The notes beneath the pieces are model-generated. The model saw only the letters and a list, made by a program, of their open reading frames with translations, was not told the DNA's origin and did no database searches. Positions 34,597 to 44,625 of a DNA stretch of 64,000 bases are shown in pieces. Each line of letters begins with the position of its first letter. Positions within the stretch are counted from its first letter, which is position 1. The position numbers and the translations under genes are program-made. Source of the stretch: Andalucia godoyi And28 (lineage: Eukaryota > Protista > Jakobida); assembly GCA_009859145.1 (NCBI GenBank), contig VRVR01000002.1:192304-256303 (forward strand), written 5' to 3'.

Positions 34597-36330
34597 TTGA
34601 ACATGTTGAATTCAGGCGAAGCAAAGTGGCATGCACTTGCGGATCTGGTGAACCTTGCTACGAATCCGAGTATTGGATCTGCGTTGGTTCAAAAGGCCTC
34701 GACGGACGAGCAGCGTGTGCACCTTGCGAGGTCCTGTGAGCGCCGCGATCCCAAAACAGATCAGCTGGATTTGTCCGTGTTGGAAACGCTTTTGTGTCAC
34801 TCGCTTCGGTCTGAAGTCGACATTGTGCACAGCGGAACCGTTCCGACAGACCCGGAGACTCGGTCGCAGTTTATGATGTTTTTCCGTTGTGCGCTGGAGC
34901 AGTATGCAGAGGACTACTGTCGGTCGTTGTTTACGGAGCCACTAATGTATCTCGACTCTCTGTTTAACCGGAAGGATGGCCAAGACCACTCCTTTGCGCT
35001 CAAAGCAATGTCAGTGACGTGCAGAATGCTCATGGATGCAGTGTTGAACCAGGGAGAGTCGATTCCGGAGTGGGTATCCAATGTGTTTGTCAGAACGAAC
35101 CGGCACTGCACACCAATGCTCCCAGTGACGTTATTTTTTGTATCGTGGGTTCTTGGGTCCTTGTCTCATTTTGGGCTGCTCCGTGAACGCTCAGCATGGG
35201 TGGAGGGTGTTCCAGAGGTCCTTGCATGTGCGGCAGCAAACTCCAATCTTCCTCTGTCGTCCGAGTATGCATCCTTGAATCCCATGATTCAAGAATACGC
35301 AGTCAAGTTTCGATGGTTTTGTCAATCGCTGTGTACGGAAACGAAAGGGCTGTCCCTTCGTCGAGCCAGTTCCATCGTGCTGTATGAAGAAGTTCCCAAT
35401 TTGTCCGCCATTTCGATGATGCATGACGAGTCTTTCAAAGAAAATGCGCTGCAGCTGTGCAAATTCACGAGGGCATGCTTTATAGTGGAGTGTGCCCTTC
35501 CGACAGACCGCATTTCGCTAACTTGGTCTCGGTTCTCGCAGTGGAAGCACTCTGTACTGCTGCGGTCCTCGCCACGCGAATTGTGCACAATGTGGCAACC
35601 GCTTGCGATGATGTCGAGCTTTTATAACATTCAAAAACTGCAGATTGTGAAAAAGTCGTTTTTTGACGTTGCAACCGAAATCTTTATGAACTCACCTCTA
35701 GATTTTGCATCCATGATGGATCATGTTGGCTGCGTGATCGTTCCGATGTCCTATCTGGCCGTCCAGCGGGAAGCGACCGCCGCCTCGCGCACTTCCATCA
35801 CAGAGGCGCAAATTCTAAAAGATTTTGGTCGAGATTCCGTTGTGGTGGATGGCACATTGCTGAAGTGTTCTGACAGTGGAGGCGTGGACCTCCTCAAGAC
35901 CACATTGAAACTGTCGGACTACCTCGAGCTCGCTCCCGTGTCCCGTACTGTCCTCGGTGGAGATGCGTATGATGCGCTCATGTATGTCGTTGGTTCGGCT
36001 GTTGCAGAGCGACTTCTGTGGGTTCCACTTGATTCCGGTCCCATTGAGTTATACACCACAGTGGACAGCGGCGGTGACAAGAAAGTCGGGGCTGTTGCTC
36101 GAATGGTTTTCCAAGCAAATCTGCTTTCGGAGTCGGAGTTCCGGCTGCGTGACAGTTTAGGATCGTTTTGCGAGTGGGCACGCGCGGAAGTCACTTTGGT
36201 GTGCCATGCAATGACTGCGGAGTCGTTTGCAGTCCTCAATTTCTACTCCAGTCACTCGTCCATGTCGTTGGGCGACAGACAGAAGCTAGTGCAGACGTTG
36301 TACCACTGCGTTCTCACGGACCACAAATAA
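34597..36330 (+). CDS. Hypothetical protein (577 aa)
   Basis: Long intronless ORF; no family recognised. Confidence 0.7.
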   Translation: MNMLNSGEAKWHALADLVNLATNPSIGSALVQKASTDEQRVHLARSCERRDPKTDQLDLSVLETLLCHSLRSEVDIVHSGTVPTDPETRSQFMMFFRCALEQYAEDYCRSLFTEPLMYLDSLFNRKDGQDHSFALKAMSVTCRMLMDAVLNQGESIPEWVSNVFVRTNRHCTPMLPVTLFFVSWVLGSLSHFGLLRERSAWVEGVPEVLACAAANSNLPLSSEYASLNPMIQEYAVKFRWFCQSLCTETKGLSLRRASSIVLYEEVPNLSAISMMHDESFKENALQLCKFTRACFIVECALPTDRISLTWSRFSQWKHSVLLRSSPRELCTMWQPLAMMSSFYNIQKLQIVKKSFFDVATEIFMNSPLDFASMMDHVGCVIVPMSYLAVQREATAASRTSITEAQILKDFGRDSVVVDGTLLKCSDSGGVDLLKTTLKLSDYLELAPVSRTVLGGDAYDALMYVVGSAVAERLLWVPLDSGPIELYTTVDSGGDKKVGAVARMVFQANLLSESEFRLRDSLGSFCEWARAEVTLVCHAMTAESFAVLNFYSSHSSMSLGDRQKLVQTLYHCVLTDHK

Positions 36331-37257
36331 CCGGCGCTGAATATTATCATTATTGTGTTTTCATGTTTTCTTGGGTCATTTGTTCTTGAACCGCCAAACA
36401 CACATTTTTTGTTCCTCTTCCAGTGCGTGAAACTGGAACTGCAACCGTGTTTCGCGCTGCCTCACGCATGATAGTGTCGTCGTAGTAGTTAGTAGTCGGT
36501 AGTGGTAGTCGCCGTCATCCTCGCAACTGAGCGCTGTTTTTGCATCCCTCCCCCGGCCCTTTCCTTTCCTGCTCTTATTAATATATTTTTCTTAATTATT
36601 ATTTAGTATTATTATTTCGTTCGAAGTGCTTTGCTGTGTTTCTATTTGCTTGTCGCTCTCGAAACAGAGTCCATCTCCAAAAAACAGCATGCAGCGATCA
36701 TCCGCAGGTAAAGTGGATGCACCGCCGGAAGGTCCGAGCGATGTGTTCGTCAGCATTCTTGGTGAATCTGGACTAGTTGGACCGTTGTCCACTGATAAGA
36801 ACAACCAGAGTAACACGGGATCGACTCCTGCTTCCAACCTCACGCCACGTGAATCTTCCAACGCCCAAAGCCGAGAATGGAACGACTATTGACCTTTTTT
36901 TTTTTTTGTTTTGAATACAAACGATGTTGTCTCCTTTGTTGTTTCCGCATCAAAATAAAACACGAAGAGCGGGTGCTCGTTGTAACTGCTTGTTCGACTT
37001 TTTAATGTCGATTGTTGCATGTTTGTTCCCGGAAGGGAAAAAAACACTGTCCGAGCCACGGTCCGAGGTGGGGGAAAAAGTTCTCTGCGCTTGTCGTACA
37101 CGTCGCGGCTCCATATGAGCTGCAAGCAAGCGGCACTGTGCCTTTGTGGACTGGCCTGCAAGCTTGTGCCTTGGGGGGTCTCCGGCAGAAAAACGAACTG
37201 CGAGATCGTCCAAGATGAGATAAAACGTAACAACCGCAATGCAGAGATGGACTGAAA

Positions 37258-37809
37258 ATGGAGTCGTCGTCTGAGTTTCGTATTCGCCAATTTCGTGAGG
37301 AAGATTGGAGTTTTCTTGCACCGCAGCTGAATGGATGGTGGGGCGGTCGTCAGGTTTCTCAGTATTTCCAGCACTTGTTCGCAACGCACTTTGCCAACAC
37401 ATCATTCACCGCAGAATCAACAACGCACGGTGGTAAATCATCGTCGTCATCTTCTTCGTCACCCTCCAACACAACGCAGATCGTGGGATTCATCTGCGGA
37501 TTTGCCTCTCCGGCGAAAAAGGGACATGCGTACATTCATTTTGTGGGCGTGGATCCAGCATTCCGCAAACAAGGGCTTGCTCGGCAACTGTATTCGCGCT
37601 TCTTTGAGCTGATCAAAGCAGAGCCGTTTCATTGTCACACTGTGAATTGCATTACAGCTCCTGTCAACAAGACGTCAATTGGATTCCACAAGGCAATGGG
37701 TTTTTCGCTGCTGCACGGAGACGGAATCGACGCCTCCGACGGCTCCAGCTATTTCCGAGATTATGAAGGACCCGGTCAAGACCGAGTCATTTTTGAGAAA
37801 CGAATCTGA
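37258..37809 (+). CDS. GNAT N-acetyltransferase, bacterial YqjY-like
   Basis: LNGWWGGRQ..LF.THF.NTSF, AYIHFVGVDP.FRKQGLARQLY, VNCIT.PVNK.SI.FH..MGF, DYEGPGQDRVIFEK.I. Confidence 0.88.
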   Translation: MESSSEFRIRQFREEDWSFLAPQLNGWWGGRQVSQYFQHLFATHFANTSFTAESTTHGGKSSSSSSSSPSNTTQIVGFICGFASPAKKGHAYIHFVGVDPAFRKQGLARQLYSRFFELIKAEPFHCHTVNCITAPVNKTSIGFHKAMGFSLLHGDGIDASDGSSYFRDYEGPGQDRVIFEKRI

Positions 37810-37900
37810 TCAGATGCGTTTCTCAAAAGCAGCGAACACTGGGGAGTGGGGAAACAAAAAGAAGACTGTATGAGCGTTTGGCTTCTGTTCTCTGTCAGAT

Positions 37901-38250
37901 ACCGCTGAATAGTAACACGTCATTGTCATGCATACGGAAGTATTCATAAACAGGCACGGTCAGTACTCTGGTCGACACTGGCACGTTTTGTTTCACAGGA
38001 ATTCGTGATACAGGGCCTCCTAGGTCCCGCAGAACTACCACGTGTCACTACGCCTACCGCCTCTTCCTCTCGTATCTCCAGCTGCATCAATCGCTGCAAC
38101 TGAGGACACGAAAGCGCCTGCTGCTAGGGCCGTCAGAATCAAAATGCACCCTTCTCAGGAACAACGTGTCACGCTGAGAAAGTGGCTCACCGATTGATCG
38201 AGACTGGGAACGGAGCGCGGAACATCTATCTGAAGAACCCGTGAGGTCTG
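37901..38250 (+). mobile_element. Non-autonomous Fanzor2/IS607-TnpB-like mini-element, copy B (extra ~170-bp deletion; right end truncated)
   Basis: Same left end and same HTH / RuvC-III junction (VRIKMHPSQEQRVTLRKW...IDRDW[+G]NGARNIYLKN). Has ~70 nt near 38050-38115 that copies A and C lack. Confidence 0.78.
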
Positions 38251-38640
38251 TTGTTTTTAATCGATGATTCCTCCGCCGCGGCCTCTCTCCTCTCTCTCTC
38301 TCTCCTCTCTCTCCTCTCTCTTTGTGTGGCGCACACCATTGCCAATCAACAGAATCAACGCAATATCCGCTCGATTGACAACAGAGAATGAACGAATGGA
38401 TTAAAAATGCGGAATGGCAATAAATGAAGCTCGTTGAAAATCCCTAGTTTCCCATGGTTCCCAAAGTCCAGACGGTTTCTAACGAAAGCACTAATTGATC
38501 TAGTAGAGAGCTCTGATGACAGAAAAGGTCGTTTCTGTTTTGGGGTGCGGACACCCATGGATGTCCCACTCAAAAGAGGAAATCCAAAGAAATCTGCTTG
38601 AGGCGCAGCGTGCGAGCCAAATTGTTTTGGAAAGGTGTTC

Positions 38641-38690
38641 GTTTGAGGATAGTGCTCGTTTGAGGACAGTGCTCGTTTGAGGATAGTGCT
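38641..38690. repeat. 17-bp tandem repeat x3 (GTTTGAGGAYAGTGCTC)
   Basis: Units start at 38641, 38658 and 38675, with no spacers. Confidence 0.9.
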
Positions 38691-38956
38691 TTGACACTGC
38701 TTCGTCGGGATCGTCGACTTTGTTTCAAGAAGAAACGTTCTGAGAAGGGTGGAAAGTATTAATCCGGTTTTCTCTCTTTTTTCTTGTTTTTTCTTGTTTG
38801 TTTTGAATCATCGGAAAACGCAGGTTCGCAAACACTCGCTTTCGCTTCTAAAGGTAATGTTGATTTGTCGTTGCATTCAATAGGGAGGAAGAGCAGCAGT
38901 GGTAGTAACAGTCACAACAGTCATAATTATAGTTTGTCGTTTCTCGCCAGGAAAGG

Positions 38957-40726
38957 ATGGATCTTGTGCTTAAGGTTCGAAAAGGAGACTATGTGATACT
39001 TCCTTCCAAAGAACTTCACAAACGGTATGCATCGAGTTGTTCTTCGTCTCGGCACTCGTCTCGGGCATCAGGATCATATTCCGTGTCAGCCTCGGAAGAT
39101 GCACTGGTCATGAAGAGGAAGTTTGATTTTATTGATGCGGTCACAGACGAAGACGAAAGCGTGGCATTCTCGATGCTCGAAGCAACGTCGCCAATGCTCA
39201 ACAATGAAGCTGTCGAAGCTGGTCTTTGCGTGGCTTGCTGCAGGAATCAGATTGGTTGGCTGAAGCGGTTTGCGTCTGACGAGCGAGCGAGGAATGCACT
39301 GGACGACGGAAGAGCTCTCGCGTGCTGTGCTTATTACGGGTCTTTGGATGCGGGTCAGTACCTGCTGTCAGATGAAGTGGAGCCACCAGTCGATCCGTGC
39401 GCAGGGGAGATGTTTGCTGTTGAAATGGCTGCAGAGCAAGGTCAGACTGCTTTTTTTGCGCTCCTGCTTCATCATCCCAGATTTGCGGAATCGCTCAACA
39501 ATGTAAATCGGCTGTCGAAGTCACCGTCTACACTAGCGAAGTCACAGAGGTCTTCGGCAGCATCGATGTCTTCTGTTGATTCCGCACTGCGACACACGCC
39601 CGTTCGCGACACGCCGTCGATCCCACGGTGGAATCGCATTTGGAGAGCCGCTGTGTTTTACGGACATCTTGACATTGTCAGCGTACTGCTGGGCTGTGAG
39701 TTTGTGCCCGTTGACGACGAATTTCTGACATGTGCTGCTGAAACGGGCCGTGTTGATTTCCTGAATCTAGCACTGTCGCATCCGAGGAGTGCGCACTTGA
39801 GAAATGGTGCGTCGTTGCTCTCCGAGGCGTTGAGCTGTGCTGCGTCGTCAGATCATACAGAAGCTGTTGACAGATTGCTGTGTGAGGATGGATGCGACCC
39901 AACGTGGAACGGACTTCAAGCACTGCGGGATGCGATTCACGGAGGATGCATTGAATCGCTGCGACGGATACTGAACGACTCTCGTGTTAGTCCATCGGCC
40001 GACGACAATTCCGTTTTGCGAGCAGCGGTGGACCATTGCGATCGCACCATCATCGACCTGATTATCACGCATCCTCGATTTGACGCGTCAGTCGCGTTGC
40101 TTCCCATGGTGGACATGTGTGTCATCTTGCAGGATTTCGACACGTTGAATGCAATTCTGGCACATCCGTCACTTCCGCGAGAGAGTATTCAAAGCACGTT
40201 GAGGCACGCAATTCGTTCCGCGTGCGTATTTGGGTCGCGGAAGGCTCTCGAGGAGCTCATTGAAGACACTCGGTTGTCCGATAGCGATTCCCGGATTGTG
40301 CGTCTGCAGTGTGCGGCGTGGAAAGGCGACATTGGGGTTGTGAAGGATCTACTAGCCGATTCGCATTTGGATGCTGGTGCTGATCGGTCGGAGTGCTTGG
40401 TCTTTGCTTGTGCGCAAGGCCATGCCGATGTGGTGGAGGTATTGCTGCAAGACTCGCGCATCGATCCGTCGTGCGGAGGTTCGAATGAAGCGATTGCCAG
40501 AGCGTGCATGGCCGGTGATCGCCAACTTGCCATTGTGAAAATGCTGCTGAACGATGCGCGTGTGGATCCGTCTGCTCGAAATAATAAAGCCTGGAGGGCC
40601 GCGCTGCGAGCGTTTCCTTCGGATGCTCTTCGAGAATTGCTGTCGGCGGACGAACGCGTCGCACGGGCACTGGAAAACAGTGACAGCGAAGATGAGTATT
40701 CTGATAGTGAAGATTGCACTTGCTGA
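38957..40726 (+). CDS. Ankyrin-repeat protein
   Basis: Repeated DPS.xxN.A.R.A...GH..VV..LL.D.R.DP units. Confidence 0.85.
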   Translation: MDLVLKVRKGDYVILPSKELHKRYASSCSSSRHSSRASGSYSVSASEDALVMKRKFDFIDAVTDEDESVAFSMLEATSPMLNNEAVEAGLCVACCRNQIGWLKRFASDERARNALDDGRALACCAYYGSLDAGQYLLSDEVEPPVDPCAGEMFAVEMAAEQGQTAFFALLLHHPRFAESLNNVNRLSKSPSTLAKSQRSSAASMSSVDSALRHTPVRDTPSIPRWNRIWRAAVFYGHLDIVSVLLGCEFVPVDDEFLTCAAETGRVDFLNLALSHPRSAHLRNGASLLSEALSCAASSDHTEAVDRLLCEDGCDPTWNGLQALRDAIHGGCIESLRRILNDSRVSPSADDNSVLRAAVDHCDRTIIDLIITHPRFDASVALLPMVDMCVILQDFDTLNAILAHPSLPRESIQSTLRHAIRSACVFGSRKALEELIEDTRLSDSDSRIVRLQCAAWKGDIGVVKDLLADSHLDAGADRSECLVFACAQGHADVVEVLLQDSRIDPSCGGSNEAIARACMAGDRQLAIVKMLLNDARVDPSARNNKAWRAALRAFPSDALRELLSADERVARALENSDSEDEYSDSEDCTC

Positions 40727-40986
40727 AGCACCAACATTTCGCAGTCAACTGCTTGTCCCATAATTTAAATTAAAAAAAAATGATGCTCCATCTAAATTAA
40801 GGTGAGGAGCAGGCCCCATCACGCCGTCGCAGAGGTTTTGTTTTTGACGGATAAATGCTCCGCTTCATCGTCGATTCGTGTACGCGTCCCACTGGGAAAA
40901 GGGAAGAGGGGGAAACGTCGTGAAAAAATCATTTCGCATGATGGAAAAACAAAGTTCCGATACAATCCTGTTTATGGACAGCTCAG

Positions 40987-43419
40987 CTATGCTTGATGAG
41001 TTGGTTGACTGCTTGAGCGTTCTTCTCGAACAGAGAGGAATCGGGTGTCCCACTTGGGGAACACTCGTTTGTACAAACACATTAGAATGGTGTCATTGCC
41101 CTTCACAAGCTTGTCAAATCGACACTTCATATAGCCGTGCGTGCCGACAGGTTCCTTGATGTGGCCGTGGAGACCCATCTTGGTTCGAAGTTCGACGGGC
41201 TTGAACCAGCGAATATCCTCGGGATTGAAAAACATGAAACGCACAACTGCATGTCTCTTGTAGATTCGAAAAGGATGACCAGAAAGGATGACACGTTTCA
41301 GGACAAGACGATTGGGATCCACGGACATCAAGGAACCAGTGGCCACTAGATTCGACAATTGTCCAGATTCATTCCGTTGAAAGACCAAGGTCGTCGTTGG
41401 GACGAACGTGACCGGCATATAAGCAGACGCACATACATAGCCGCCCTCAGGAAGGTACCTCTCGAAGCGGGATTTGTCCCCGCGAGGATTGATCTCTGAA
41501 AAAATAGGATGCACCACGAAATTTCTGAACCCGCAACAGAAAACGAGTTCCGTCTTGGATTTGATGATATCTGTGCATTGTGGGAAACGCTCGATGCGAA
41601 AGTGCAACATAGACATCTTCTGTTCATGTCGGTTGAGCGAGGACAGGATCACAGGAGAGTTCGAATTTGCGAGCGCATCAACATCCCGCGGATCAACGCC
41701 TTGTAAATGAATCTGGACGTACGTCCCGTCGCGAATCGGGAATTCATGGACAAGCTGCAGCGCTCGGCTTTGAGAATGCTTGAAGTTCTCGAACTGGAAG
41801 ATTCTCGCATAATCTCTTGGAAGATTCTCCATAGGATCCCATTTCGAAAATCGGAAAGACTTGAGACCACGATAGCGAGCAAATCGCATGCGGCAGGATT
41901 GGCCGAACGGCGTATCAACTTCGTCGGGGAACTTCTCGTGGTCCTCGACCTGCTGCATGTACTCTAAGCGTTCCGCTTCCAATTCTTCCGCAGTCTTCAC
42001 AGCCTGCATCGTGTCATCATCATCATCAGTCCTCTTTGACGCTGAGCCTCCAATCAAGTTTTGCTTGAAATGCTTGTCCATATCAAGTCCGGCACCTTCA
42101 ACACTATCCTCGTCATCGCTGTCTTCTCCGTCATCTTCCGCTTCCTCCTCTTTGATGGATCCGTCTTCCTCCTCCATTTCGTCAATCAGATCATGTCTTC
42201 TCGGAGTGCCATCTGCATCCTCAACATCCTGCATTTCTTCATCATCATCATCCTCCTCCTCCTCCTCATCACCATGGATGTTGTCGTCGTTCCCACCTTC
42301 TGCATCGTCCGCTTCCATACTATGGTCATCGGCTGCCCGGTCTGCATCTTCATCATTTTCCTTTTCGTCGTCCGAGATCCAAGCAGCTTGGTACTCTGAC
42401 ACACCCTTTGGAATCTTGCGTCTCTTGACCGATCCCTCGATGATGCGGGCGAGTCTCTTTCGCTCTGCTTCCTTGTACTCTTCTTCTGTGGGCCACGTTT
42501 GCTCGCCGGCCATCGGATCCAGCTCATTTTCAGCTTGCAGCGATTCCTGGGATTGCGCAGAGGGGGCATCCAAGATGGCTCCATTCGCACATGTGATCCG
42601 AGAGCACTGGAATGTACCGATTCTCGAAACATGGAATAGTTGATTCGCAGAAATAGAGGACCCGCGGATGAATCCTCCAAACACCACGGCACCGGTATGC
42701 TCGTCAACTGTGACTGAATCGACTAGCATATATCCATTTCGCTCTCTCCAGTGTACACTTCGAAGTCTCACCGAGGACAGCCAGCGGAACATTTGCGTGA
42801 CGTCCGCCGCGGAATCCGCCGAGACCACCCTCACTTCTTCCGAGTACGTATTCTCTAAAATCTCCTGGATAATCTTCTTCATGTCTCCCTGCAACTTTTT
42901 CTGCACTTGCTCAATGCCCTGGATGCATCCGATCACTGATGGACAACCTTGTGCAAGCAAAATTGTCGAAATATGCCTGCAGTCGTCATCAAATCCAGTT
43001 CCAGGAACAACGGCAATCACCACATCTGCAACTTTCGCCGCAGTCATGATGTCCATTTGATCGAATTTGACTGCGACGATGGAAAACGAGTGTTTCCACT
43101 GCTTTGCATTCACCGCGTACGGACCGTAGGCAGACTGTGTGCTGTTGGGCTCCGCAGGATAAACGTCCAGCATTGCCTTCAGCACCGGCAGAGCATCAAC
43201 GGTCGGAGAAAGCGGAACAATCGCAACAACCCGAGGAGGCCCGCCAGCAGAGCCAATCCGTTTGGCCTCTGCAGCTTGTGCGATCTTCGTTTTCCGGATT
43301 TGCACCGCCTTGTTTTTCCGGTCTTGCTTGGACGTACTCCGATTCGCACTCTTCACATTTGTTCGGCGCATCTGCGATGGCATGCGTCCGGAAGCCTTGG
43401 CTGCTCGATGACCTCCCAT
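40987..43419 (-). CDS. TSR1: Pre-rRNA-processing protein TSR1
   Basis: EQTWPTEEE, KGVSEYQAAWI, FPDEVDT....R.RFARYRGLKSFR.S.WDP.ENLP.DY.RIFQF, ELRTKMGLHGHIKEPVGTHGYMKC.FD. ATG at 43419. Confidence 0.95.
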   Translation of the reverse strand: MGGHRAAKASGRMPSQMRRTNVKSANRSTSKQDRKNKAVQIRKTKIAQAAEAKRIGSAGGPPRVVAIVPLSPTVDALPVLKAMLDVYPAEPNSTQSAYGPYAVNAKQWKHSFSIVAVKFDQMDIMTAAKVADVVIAVVPGTGFDDDCRHISTILLAQGCPSVIGCIQGIEQVQKKLQGDMKKIIQEILENTYSEEVRVVSADSAADVTQMFRWLSSVRLRSVHWRERNGYMLVDSVTVDEHTGAVVFGGFIRGSSISANQLFHVSRIGTFQCSRITCANGAILDAPSAQSQESLQAENELDPMAGEQTWPTEEEYKEAERKRLARIIEGSVKRRKIPKGVSEYQAAWISDDEKENDEDADRAADDHSMEADDAEGGNDDNIHGDEEEEEDDDDEEMQDVEDADGTPRRHDLIDEMEEEDGSIKEEEAEDDGEDSDDEDSVEGAGLDMDKHFKQNLIGGSASKRTDDDDDTMQAVKTAEELEAERLEYMQQVEDHEKFPDEVDTPFGQSCRMRFARYRGLKSFRFSKWDPMENLPRDYARIFQFENFKHSQSRALQLVHEFPIRDGTYVQIHLQGVDPRDVDALANSNSPVILSSLNRHEQKMSMLHFRIERFPQCTDIIKSKTELVFCCGFRNFVVHPIFSEINPRGDKSRFERYLPEGGYVCASAYMPVTFVPTTTLVFQRNESGQLSNLVATGSLMSVDPNRLVLKRVILSGHPFRIYKRHAVVRFMFFNPEDIRWFKPVELRTKMGLHGHIKEPVGTHGYMKCRFDKLVKGNDTILMCLYKRVFPKWDTRFLSVREERSSSQPTHQA

Positions 43420-43899
43420 TCTCAACAATGTCAATAATATTAATAATAATACCCAAAAAAAGAAATAAAATAAAAAGGAAAAAAGAAAGCTAGTGTAACT
43501 CTCACAGCTGTCCTTCTTTCCAAATATAATCTATCAATGAACGGACGAGGCGAAAAACGGTCTAATGGAAATCCAGGTCCCAATAAAACAACAGCACGTA
43601 ATAAAACAACAACAACGGAAACCGCGTATTGAAACCTTCAGTAAAAAAGCACTCCGGCAAGATGAGCGAAAGTTCCAGCATCCAGCATCACTCCGACGAT
43701 TTCGTGTGCCGTTGTTTGCCCCGATCTACAGTATGCGATTTTGCCTGACCAGCGAAGTGGGTTCACGATGAAAGAGTCGGTAAATCGAGAAACGATGGCC
43801 GAGTGCCCACGAGACCATCAGACAAGTTAGGACAGAGTAGGATAAGGTCAGGCCAGGGTCAGGGGTCAGAGGTCAGAGGTCAGGGAATTGCATGAAACC

Positions 43900-44592
43900 A
43901 TGACGTTGACAGAAGTGGCTGCGAGTGTAAAACCGCTTCATAAGGAAATGGATCGGAGACCGAGTCTAGTATATGTCGATGTTTCGTTTCCTGAAGCACA
44001 GGTTTTAGACCAGCTGGATTTCCGAAACTATTATACTGGATCCATTTCAGTGTTTGCTCGGATTTCCTCTTCTTTCCAGTCGCCTTTGCCTTCGCAATCG
44101 CAAGCTGCACAACTGGAATGGACTCCAGTTGTCGAAAATGTAAAGTTGATGAGCAATCCGCACATGGAATTGGATGCTCAAAAGGTGGTCCATATTGCGG
44201 TTCATCGCGCAGAGCCAATTCGAGAACTACGGATCTATCTTTTTCAGCCTTCCCCATTCTGGAAGGAGTTTCGGATCTCACAGATCAAATGCTTGCGAAA
44301 CGATCTTTCGTCGTTGGAGTCGATTAAGGAGAAGGGAACGGTAATGAGCACATCTTTACGGTCTCCATTCAGCATGAGTGGAAACACTTCTCCACGAGGT
44401 ACATCAACATCAGTGGGAACAGGACCGCTTGCAGGAATGCATCCTGCATGGGCTCACTTCGCTCAGGCAGTGGGCAAGATGAACGACGCGTCCACAAGAC
44501 ACGAGAAACTAAAAGAACAGGTCACAGTGACTGCGCCGATCGCCTTCCAGTCGCCAACCGACGAGATTATTGATCTCATCATGGCCAAGTAG
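43900..44592 (+). CDS. NICN1: Nicolin-1 (tubulin polyglutamylase complex subunit)
   Basis: VDVSFP...L..LDFRNYYTGSISV, W..V.....LM.NPH.E.DAQ and ELRIYLFQPSPFW.EF match NICN1. In-frame ATG at 43900. Confidence 0.75.
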   Translation: MTLTEVAASVKPLHKEMDRRPSLVYVDVSFPEAQVLDQLDFRNYYTGSISVFARISSSFQSPLPSQSQAAQLEWTPVVENVKLMSNPHMELDAQKVVHIAVHRAEPIRELRIYLFQPSPFWKEFRISQIKCLRNDLSSLESIKEKGTVMSTSLRSPFSMSGNTSPRGTSTSVGTGPLAGMHPAWAHFAQAVGKMNDASTRHEKLKEQVTVTAPIAFQSPTDEIIDLIMAK

Positions 44593-44625
44593 CGAGGCAC
44601 TGCACGGTTCTAGTGCCACTTTGAA

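Noticed and set aside
36688-36892. Small ORF MQRSSAGKVDAPP...EWNDY
   Set aside because: 67 aa, low complexity and no motif; possible but unsupported.
38641-38690. Possible CRISPR array
   Set aside because: The 17-bp units are directly adjacent with no spacers; it is a simple tandem repeat in eukaryotic DNA.
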